Assembly: GCF_009914755.1 (NCBI RefSeq)
Contig: NC_060934.1
Length of the DNA: 64,000 nt
Source: the human T2T-CHM13v2.0 reference genome, Homo sapiens
Strand: one strand, 5' to 3'
The notes beneath the pieces are model-generated. The model was given only the letters and a program-made list of their open reading frames with translations, did no database searches and was not told the origin of the DNA. Shown here one piece after another: positions 12,691-64,000 of this stretch; positions within the stretch are counted from its first letter, which is position 1; each line of letters begins with the position of its first letter. Both the position numbers and the translations under genes were made by a program.

Positions 12691-13919
12691 TAAGAACAAA
12701 TGGGTTAAGTTTTCTACATGTAAGTTCAAGCCTTTGTGAAGAGGGAAAATTTTACTTTTTCCTTTCCAATATTCTGATTTGTTTTCTCTTTTCTTTGTCA
12801 TGTTGCACTTACTAAGTCCTCCACCTAATGTAGAGTACAAGTGATGAGAGCTTACCTTGTTCTTAAAACTGTTGGGAAATTTTTCTATCCTTCACCATTA
12901 AAGATAAAGCTAGTTCAGACTCTTTATAGATAAACTTTATTACATACAGGAAATCCCCTTCTATTTTAATTTTGCTGAGAGTTTTTTTCCCCCATAATGA
13001 AATGGTGATGAATTTTTTCAAATGATTTTCTTGAGTATATTGAGGTGAATTTATGCTTAAATTTATCATTTAGTTAACAAAGGTGGACTTCAAATATGGA
13101 TTTTAAAAACTTAACATGCCTTTCTGTTGATAAATACCATTGGTTATGTTGTCTTGTTCTTGTCACATATTGCTGGATCAATATATGTACCTTTTGTTAA
13201 CAATTTGTATAAACATGCTCTTGAGACATACTGGTATGTTATTTCATATGATGCCTTTGCCATGTTTGGTGTCAGGGTGGGAATGGTGTTCTACAACAAA
13301 TCAGGAAGTGTTCTTTCTTCCTCCTCTTCTGAGAGAGTTGTAAGGCTGGTGTTTTTACTTCCTTCAATTTGATAGAATTTGTGAGGAAACTCATCTAAAG
13401 TTGAAGTTGACTTTGTGTGGTCAATTTTGATTATAAAATCAATTTCTTTAACCAACATTGCTTTCAGATTTCCTATTTTATCCTGTGTCATTTGTGTGGA
13501 GTTTAATACTTAATGCATCTTGTGGCCTGTCCTCAATTGAAAAGCTGTACATGTAGAGAACTCACTTCTTGTAGTTTCTGCTTCTCAGGTAATCCCCTCT
13601 AAGATCTGCTTGATTTGAGTGGCTTTTGAATGCATTCTATGAACTATTTTCTGATGAATAAGTTGTTCAGATTTAATAATTGTTATCTGTGAGAAAGTGA
13701 GGCTGGACTAGTGACTGCACCATTATTAGAAAGTGAAACTCTTATACTGTTATCAGTGAACAGAAATGAGAGGGCCCCTCTTGCCTACAACACCCTTTTT
13801 GCTCAACAGCCCCAAAGAGTCTGCCCTTAAATGAGTCACTGGGAATTAGGCTGGGCAGCTCCGCCGCTAATTCCAAAGACTATTTATATTGGAAGCTTCC
13901 CAAGCCCTCTGATAGGCAT

Positions 13920-14662
13920 TGATATGATTTGGATATTTGTCCCACCCAAATCTCATGTTGAAATGTAATCCCTAATATTGGGGATGGGGCCTGGTGGGAG
14001 ATGTTTGGGTAATGGGGGTAGATCCCTTATGGCTTCAGGCTTGGTGTTGTCTTTGTGATAGTGAGTGAGTTTGTGTGAGGTCTGGTTGTTTTACAATGTG
14101 TGGCAAGCCCCCCAACTCCCACTCTCCCTTCTGTTCTCATTTTCACCCTGTGAGATGCCAGATCCTCCTTTTGCCCTCTGCCATGATTGAAAGCTTCCTG
14201 AGACCTCCCCAGAAGCCAAGCAGATGCTGGCGCCATGCTTCCTGGACAGCCTGAAGAGCTGTGAGCCAATTAAACCTCTTTTCTTTATAAATTACCCAGT
14301 CTCATGCATTTCTTTCTTTCCTTTCTTTTTTTTTTTTTTTTTTGAGACAGGTTCTTACTTTGTCACCCAGGCTGCAGTAAAGTGGTGCCATCTTGGCTCA
14401 CTGCAACCTCTGCTTCCAGGGTCCAAGTGATTCTCATGCCTCAGACTCCCAAGGAGCTGGAATTACAGGCACGTGCCACCATGCCTGGCTAATTTTTTGT
14501 ATTTTAGTAGATATGGGGTCTCGCCAAGTTGCCCAGGCTGGTCTTGAACTGTTGGACTCAAGCAATCCACCTGCCTTGGCCTCCCAAAGTGCTGAGATTA
14601 CAGATGTGAGCCACCTCACGCAGCCTCAGGTATTTCTTTATAGCAATGCAAGAACTGCCTAC
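13920..14662 (+). mobile_element. MST-type MaLR LTR interrupted by an antisense Alu (about 14316-14625)
   Basis: tgatatgatttggatatttgtccc...ccaattaaacctcttttc...tttatagcaatgcaagaac; Alu TSD-like tcatgcatttcttt / tcaggtatttcttt. Confidence 0.85.
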
Positions 14663-15264
14663 TTCTATGTTGCATCCACATACAGGTAGGAAACCTGAGA
14701 CTCTGTGGTGGTCAAACAGTCTGCAGTTTCTACAGTCTCATTACAAACTTTGATCTGGCTGACACCAAGGATCTGTGACACAGTTCTGCTGAGAAGTCTG
14801 ACAGCTGCTTTGCTGAAAATGTTTGTGGCTCTGGACCAGGCTCAGAATCAGTACAACCTCATCTGTCATTTGTAGTGTAAGAAGGGTCTGAGCCTCAGAC
14901 CCAGGACTTGTTGCCTGAATTCCTCAGCTGTGCTTTTTTCTCCCACACCTTTCCACATGCCAACCCTGGGGATCTGCTTAACTCTGTTTTTGCCCCCTGT
15001 GGCTGCTGAGCAGAACTACCTCTGTACTTTGTCCTCAAGCAGCAAAGTCCCACACCCAAGCTTTTGTGGAAGATGCCAATGATAACATTAGCAGGTGAAG
15101 CCCAAAGACAGCATTTTGGCAAGGAGGTGATATTGGGATAGGATAATTTTTCTTATGAAGTGTTTGAGGGCCCCAGTGGCCATCAGGTCTCCTGATGAGT
15201 TGGAATAGAGGCAAAGAGTCACAAATCTAAGTCTTCCTCCCTCTTTAGTGAGAATCCACAGTAG

Positions 15265-15380
15265 GTGCTTGTAATCCCAGCTGAGGCAGGAGGATTGCTT
15301 GAACCCAGGAGGCAGAGGTTGCAATGAGCCAAGATCTCACCACTGCATTCCAGCCTGGGTGACAGAGTGAGACTCTGTCT

Positions 15381-15418
<38 letters not shown>
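15265..15418 (+). mobile_element. Alu right-arm fragment with long pure poly(A)
   Basis: gaggcaggaggattgcttgaacccagg...gagactctgtctc followed by about A37. Confidence 0.85.
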
Positions 15419-15420
<2 letters not shown>

Positions 15421-18224
15421 AAAAGATGAGCCTGGAATATCTTGCTGTGCCAGGAAGTAAGGAATTGCTTAAGGATTGAGGGGGACATGACAAAAGGACA
15501 CAGAATCCAGTCATTAGAAGATAATTTGAGCACCAAAGTAAATAATGTTATAATGGATTATAACCCATTGAACACAACTGAATTCGTGATTCCGTAATGA
15601 TATAAATAAATACATGAATACATTAAAAACTTGATGAGGAATATATAGTTATGTAGTATCAAGAATCTGCCCACAAAGTATTTCTTTTTTTTTTGAGATG
15701 AAGTCTCGCTCTTGTCACCCAGGCTGGAGTGCAATGGTGCGATCTTGGCTCAAAAATCAAAGTAAACATCAACCATCATGGAACAGATTGAAATTATTTG
15801 TCACCAGATATGATGCAATGAGAAGTCAAAGCATCATCTGTGATATTCCTGCCAAATCTGCATAGTCAGGATCTGATTATGAAGAAACATCAGATAATCC
15901 CAAATTGAGAGAAATTTTTAAAACTCCAAACCTATGCTTTTCAAAAGTGACAAGGTCAAGGAGGTTGAGGAAAGACTGAGGAACTGTGTCAGGCTGTGGT
16001 TGACTAAGGAGACATGACAACTAGTTGCAAAATGTGATTCAGGATTCTAAACTGGATTCTGAAATGAATACAATGAATATCATTGGGACTTATTGAGGAA
16101 ACACTAATGGAAATGAGGATTAGATGGCCCTAATGCATCAATGTTAATTTCCTGAATTTTAAAGTTATATTTTGGTTATATAGTCAAATTGCCTTGCTTA
16201 TAAGAGCTATATACTAAAATATTTCAGGTTTAGAACTTCAGGTCCAAAATTACTCTCAAATGTTCAAAATAGAGAAAATTCTCTGTTTGTACCTCCAACT
16301 TTTTATTACATTTATAGTTATTAAAATTATATAAATATAAAATACATATGCATTTGTGTATATATGTGTATATATAGATAGCATATATATAGATATGCAT
16401 ATATGTAGATAAGTGATACACATAAAACCAATAATGGACTCATATCTAATCTATGCAAGCCCTTCACAAAAGATTTGATATTGCCAAAGGACATTTGAAA
16501 AAGCACCCGGCATCATGAACCTTCACTGAAATGCAAATTAAAACTACAATAAGATATTATTACACACACATCAAAATGGTTAAAATGAAAAAAGACAATA
16601 TGCTAAGGGTTGGCAAGAAAGAGAAGCAGCTGGCACTCTCAGTACAATTGTAAATTTATTAAACCATTTGGATAATTCTTTGGCAGTCATTAATAAAACT
16701 GAACACATGCACATGCAGCAATTATGCTCATAGTTATAGCAACAGAAATCCTTATATTGGGATAACAATGTATTAGAGTAATAACAGCATTATTCACAAT
16801 AGCCACAAACTAGAATCAACTCAAAAGTCCTTAACAATACAATGAAAAGATAAATTTTGGAATTGTTATAAAATAAAACACTCTAAACTAACTTACGTAC
16901 TGCTATTTGTGACAACATGAATGAATCTCACAAACACAAAATTAAGTGAAAATACTAGATACTTAAAAATACATAATGTGATTCCATTTATATTACATTT
17001 GTATGCCTCACAAACAGGCAAAACTAACCTATGGCATAATACTGGAGTTATCTAGTCGGGGAGGAAGGTAGGAGGAGACATAAAGGGACTTCTGGGGTCC
17101 TGGCAAAATTATTTTTCTTGACCTGTGTGTTGATTACACAGATATGTTCAATTCATGATAATTCATTGAGCTATATACATTTAGGATGTTTCCAACATTC
17201 TCTTTGTATACTACACTCCAGTGAAAAGGTTTATTTAAAACGAAGCAGTTTGCATTCACAATTTCACCCAAGCTGAGGTTTGCATTACTCTCTCACTGTG
17301 GAGGGCTTCAGCCAGGTGCCCTCCTGACCATCCATTTGGGCAATGATAGGAAATCTCTGCAATGTGAGAATCACTGAACTGGGAATTAAAACCTGGATTC
17401 TTAAAAAATAAAGATTATGTACTAATGCACTAGCGACCGTTCACCTCACTTATTCACCAATTCCTTATTTCTAATAATAAAGTAGGGATTAGGCTGGTGG
17501 ATCTCTGAGATCTCTTGTCTCTAATTATCTATGTTTCTTTCATTCTTTGAAAGGACCAGGCAGAAGTCTCAACAGAAAGGAGGAACAGAGACCCATTTTT
17601 CAAGAAATAAAGTGATTGTTTTAAAGAAAGGCATTGAGATCATTTTATCTAAAAGAAGGTAGTGCACTTCTTTTAGAGTTCAGAGCTATGTGAGCCAAGC
17701 AGTAAAATAACTATTTTTCTTTGTCTCAGATAAATTATTCACCAAAACCTCGACTGACTCAAATTCTAAAGGTTACAAAACCACACCCTAATTGTAATCA
17801 ACCTATGTTGCAACTGTTGAGTTGGTTAATGTGTATTTGAAAGTCACTGATTATCCTGAGTAGTGAAATATTGCCTCATAGTACATGGTAAGTAAATGTT
17901 GGTGACTCTAGTTGAACTGAATTTCTTGCTTGGAGGGAATGATGTCAGAGTTAGGAGATAGGTTTCCAGCCTCAGCCCTATCATTTTCAGCCTCTGTGTC
18001 CTTGAACAAAATACTGAATCTCCAAGGCCCAGCTTCCTTACCTCTAAAGTGGAAATAATTTTACCACAGGCAAGGGTAATTGAGAGAATCAAAAGAGTTA
18101 TGATGGGTATAAAAATTCTCTGTGAATTGTCAGAATCCCTGTAAACATGTTTGATAAAACATTGTCCATATGGGATTTGACAAAACTTAATTTTTCCTTA
18201 CTGCAGTTAGAAATAACTGCACTA

Positions 18225-18790
18225 ATCCAGTATTATTTCCAATAGCCAGGATGTAGAAACAATCTAAGTGTTCATTCACAAATAAATGGATGAAGAAATT
18301 GTGTTTTATATTTATATACACAATGAAATATTTTTTAAACTTTAAAAGGAGATACTGCCATTTGCAATGACATGGAATGAACCTGAAGGATATTATGCTA
18401 AGTGATATGAGCTAGATACAGAGGAAAAAAGATTGCATGATTTCACTTATATGAAGAATCTTTAAAAAGTCAAATACATAGAAACAGAGAGTAGAATGGT
18501 GGTTACCAAAAGTGGGAGCCAGAGGAAATGGAAAAAAGTGTGTCAAAGAGCCAAATTTGTGGTTAGATAGGATGAATAAGTCTAAAGATCTAATAAACAG
18601 CAAGAGGACTATAGTTAATATACTATACTGAAAATTTGCTAAAAGAGTAGATTTTAGGTGCTTATACCACAAAAAAGAAGTTAATTATAGAATTGATTAA
18701 TATGTAAATTTGTTTAACCATAGTAATGATTCCACTGTTTATATGTCTACCAATGTTGTATACCTTAAATATATACAATGGAAATAAACA
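18225..18790 (+). mobile_element. L1MA/MB 3' end
   Basis: catggaatgaacctgaaggatattatgctaagtga...gagtagaatggtggttacca...aaatttgctaaaagagtagatttt. Confidence 0.75.
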
Positions 18791-19723
18791 AATAACTGTA
18801 CTAGTCATTTAGAATACCACAATGACATCTTTACAGAATATGCCTTTGTACAAGCATTGCCATTAGTGATCTAGAAATGTATGTATCATTTTAGTGATAT
18901 ATAGAGCCTCATGAGCGCTAAATGTCATCTCCAGTTCAGGTCTGCACAACTGTGTTTGTTCTGTGCCATGGGTCTGTTTAATGATTTCCCTACCTCCCAT
19001 TCACCACTGAAGCACATACCTGTTGTTCTGCCTATAATTCCCCTTCCTTGCTGTGCAATATTTCATTCCATTATTTCTGACACAGACCAAAAAAGCAATA
19101 GAAACAGCAGTGTCTGGAGGCAAGTGGGAGCTGGAGAAGCCATAGTTTCTGAGATCTTACCCACTTAATTCTCTGAGATTGGCTCTTTCCTCAGTTATAC
19201 TGAGTAGGTTTCAGCTCTTCAGTGACAGAGAGGGGAGAAACCCTAGCTTTTATTTCTTCTCTTGAGAATGTACAACCCTGTTATTTTGTGAACAGTGTGG
19301 TGTAGATTCAGAGTGAGAAATGTTTTTAGGATTTATTTTATTTTGCTAAAACTGTTCTCAAGGCAGCTCTGGTGTAAGTGAGAATATACCACAGCGGGCG
19401 TCAGAAGATCTCAGTTCAAATCCCAGCCTGCCATTTATGAGCTGTGGGACACTGGACAGGTCATCTGTTCTCCTAGAGTCTCCCTTTCCCCATTTGGAAA
19501 ATATGAAATAATATTCTCAGCCGTCCAGTGTTTTTCACGGGGTTTAATGGAAAAAGGTGTGTATGTTTACTTAGTTAATTGATAACCGGTTTAGCCATTT
19601 AAGATGAATGAGTTTGTTAGCTGCTTTATGTTTAGGCAGCTGTAATGTTAGTACTACATTAAAATATTTCAAAAGGATCTCATTTTCAAGGAAAATGATC
19701 TAGTGTTTGAGAAAGCATTATAG

Positions 19724-20239
19724 TGTTGCAGTCTTGCAGATCCTTAGCTCAGCTAGGTCCGAGTTGTCTTATGCAGGAAGAATTAGGCACACAGACACTG
19801 GAGAGTGAGTGGAGTAGAATTTATTAAGTGAAAGGAAAACTCTCAGCAAAGAGAGAGGCCCTGAAAGCAGGTTGCAGATTGCCACTTCACAGTTGAATAC
19901 CAGGACTTTTATAGAAAAGCTGATGAGGCTGGGATACTTATTTGCATAAGGCGTGAATTCCTGGTGTTTCCACCCCTTCCTTCCATTGCGCGTGTGGGCT
20001 CTTAGTCTAAGCCACTCCATATTGATTTATTTCCCTTCCTGCGCATGTGTTAAAGGTAGGAATTTTTCACTGTGGGCATATTTAGGCAAGCTCCCTGTGC
20101 AAGTTCCCTTATCTGCACAAAACATCTAGTGTAAGTACTTGGGGTTTTTGTGGATTGGGCAATGACCTGGAAGGGTTGGAGGTTCTCTGGGGACCCTTCC
20201 CTTACTGCCTGCCTAATGCAAGCTGGCTAACTCCTCTCA
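19724..20239 (-). mobile_element. ERV1-class solo LTR about 0.7 kb upstream of the CYP2C18 ATG
   Basis: TG...CA termini; exact 4-bp TSD ATAG (19720-19723 / 20240-20243); minus-strand TATAAAA (about 19906-19912) and AATAAA (about 19820-19826). Confidence 0.88.
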
Positions 20240-20369
20240 ATAGGATAAACATTATTTTATGTACAAGGAATATAATACACAGATTGCCCTCAAAGTCATA
20301 TTTCCAACTGCTCATCAATCTAAAAATCCAAAATTTTGAATAATTTTTTGATGAAATAATTTATTTCAT

Positions 20370-20770
<401 letters not shown>

Positions 20771-20888
20771 AACACCTTATTTTTATCTTCTTCAGTGAGC
20801 CAATGTTCATTCAAAAGAGAGATTAAAGTGCTTTTTGCTGACTAGTCACAGTCAGAGTCAGAATCACAGGTGGATTAGTAGGGAGTGT

Positions 20889-20895
20889 TATAAAA
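20889..20895 (+). promoter_or_regulatory. TATA box of CYP2C18
   Basis: TATAAAA 56 nt upstream of the ATG and about 30 nt before the CYP2C-type leader gtcttactaagaagagaagccttca. Confidence 0.7.
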
Positions 20896-20944
20896 GCCTT
20901 GAAGTGAAAGCCCGCAGTTGTCTTACTAAGAAGAGAAGCCTTCA

Positions 20945-61661
<40,717 letters not shown>

Positions 61662-63319
61662 GTAAGCTTGTTTCTCCTACACTACATCTCCATGCTCTTC
61701 AAGTCCCCAAATTCATAGTATAGTCCCAATCCTCTAACAACACATGATGAGAGAAGTGTAAAATTCATACGTGGGGCAGCTTTCTGGACTCTGCTGTTTC
61801 CATTCCAGTTTGGGCCTATGAAGGTTTATAACAGGTCTCAGTATCTAGCAGTGTATGTCTTCCAAATTTGTTCTGCTTCTTTAGTATTTTTTTTTTGTGG
61901 CTATTCTCAGGTGTTTACATTTCCAAGTAAGTGTTGAAAGTATCATTTTGTCAATTTCCCAAAACACTGTGCTGGGATTTTTATCATGATGACATTAAAT
62001 CTTTAGATCAATTTAGAAATAATTGATGTCCTGACAGGTTGAATCTTTCAATTCATGGATATGATTATGCTCTTTATTTATTTGGGCTTTCTTCTATTGT
62101 GTCAGTAATGTTTTGTCTTCAGTTCAGTGGCTTTCTCATGTATTACGTTTTTTTTCTGAAATGATATTTCTATGTAATTGTAAGTTGTGTATTTAATATA
62201 TAATATAAAATATATATAATATGAAATAAATATATATAATATTAAAAATATATTTTCAAAACAGAGTCTTGCTATGTTGCACAGATTGATCTTCTGGGCT
62301 CAAGCAATCCTCCACCTCTTCCTCCTGAGTAGCTGGGATTAGAGATGTGTGCCACTGCACCTGGCTTTTAAATAATATACTTTAAAAAAAATGCCTTTTC
62401 CATTTCTTTGTTTCTGGTACATGGAAATATAATTGACTTTATTATTTTGATGACCTTACATCAAGCAAATTTACTTGGCATTGCTAATTTTTTGTTTGTA
62501 AATTTATTTGTAATTTCTATGTATTCTGTGTTCTCTTTTAATATTTATTTTATTTCTTATTTTTCAATTCTTATAACTCAGTTTTCTCTTTATTGTTTTA
62601 TTTCACTGGTTAGGATTTCCAGGACAGCGTTGAATAAATCATGATGGTGGGCATCCTTGTTTCATATATGATGTTCAGGATGGGTGGAGATTTAACATCT
62701 CACCAGTGAGAATGATGTTTTATGTATATTTTCATAAGTAAAAAATCAGATTAGAGAAGGTTGCCTTCTACTTTTGATGACTTTTTTTGGTCTTGAATGT
62801 GTATACAATTTGATCAAATGGAGTCTCTGCATCAATCGATATGGCCATATATTTTGTCCTGTCTATAGATATAATATATATATTAGTTAAAATACACACA
62901 AATGTGCACACAGAGACATACACAGCTGGGTTTTATTTGCTATGATTTTCAGGATGTTTGAACTTATATTTACAAGAGACATTGGTTTGCAATTTTTCTT
63001 CCTCAAAATTTTCTTGTCAGATTTCTGATATTGAGGAAATGTTGGCTTCGTAAAATAAGGAAGATAATGTTCTGTATTGTGGTTGTTTTTATAATCTTTT
63101 CTCCCTTCTCTATTCTTTTTGTGCTCACTTAGTTCTGTCTTTGGAGTGACTCATAAATTTTGGTTAAGTGCCAGTTATGATGTATGAAAAAATGCAGAAT
63201 GTCAGATGAGGTTCATCTTCTTCCAGAAAGGGTTCATCCCTCCCATGCTAGGCAGACAGAATTATGCAACACCTTCTACCTTCATTCAGAATTAGATATC
63301 AACACAGTCAAAAAAAATT

Positions 63320-63780
63320 TTTTTTCAATTTTTTTTTTATTATACTTTAAGTTCTGGGATACATGTGCAGAATGTGCAGTTTTGTTACATAGGTATACAC
63401 GTGCCATGGTGGTTCGCTGCACCCATCAACCTGTCACCTACATTAGGTATTTCTCCTAATGTTATCCCTCCCCTAGCCCCAACATCCCCCACAGGCCCTG
63501 GTGTGTGATGTTACCCTCCCTGTGTCCTTATTGTTCAACTCCCACTTATAAGTGAGAACATGCGGTGTTTGGTTTTCTGATCTTGTGATAGTTTGCTGAG
63601 AATGATGGTTTCCAGCTTCATCAATGTCCCTGCAAAGGACATGAAGTCATCATTTTTTATGGTTGCATAGTATTCCATGGTGTATATGTGTCATATTTTC
63701 TTAATCTAGTCTATCATTGATGGACATTTGGGTTGGTTCCAAGTCTTTGCTATTGTGAATAGTGCCACAATAAACATACG
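63320..63780 (-). mobile_element. Short L1PA 3' end, intron 7
   Basis: TSD aacacagtcaaaaa (63301-63314 / 63782-63795); poly(T). Confidence 0.92.
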
Positions 63781-64000
63781 AAACACAGTCAAAAATTGAC
63801 TGTAGCCATCAAAAATTGACTGTAACCTCTCTGAGTTCCCCCATGCCTGCAAGCCTGAGTAATTTTTGTCTCAACATCTTTTCCAGTGCCTTCTAACACA
63901 TGGTTTCTGTGTTTATTGAGACTTTTTAGTTGCTATTCTGCAAGCTGCTCCATTCCACTTGAAGCGAGTACATATTGCCATTATAAAGAAATAAAATAAT

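Overview
Human/primate genomic DNA, very repeat-rich, containing about 21 kb of upstream sequence plus exons 1-7 of CYP2C18 (+ strand). The exons give 1149 coding nt (383 codons), all introns are GT-AG, and the frame is intact; exons 8-9 with the heme-ligand Cys lie beyond the window. Nearly all other ORF-track entries are L1, Alu or ERV remnants. I see no firm evidence for a wholly new gene system. The best leads are structural. (1) Multi-kb inverted L1 pairs bracket exon 5 and exons 4-5, while every intronic Alu I found is antisense, suggesting an L1-driven exon-skipping/circRNA scaffold. (2) Three intronic L1s share interleaved non-consensus variants, suggesting local gene conversion. (3) An L1 in intron 4 carries a ~360-bp 3' transduction. 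(4) Exon 5 natively has the base that creates the CYP2C19*2 cryptic acceptor. (5) A 182-bp, ~98% identical inverted duplication is embedded in an ERVL LTR. (6) An open L1 ORF0 upstream has a splice donor in phase with exon 2. Repeat subfamily names are from recognition and memory, not a database search, and repeat boundaries are approximate unless TSDs are given.
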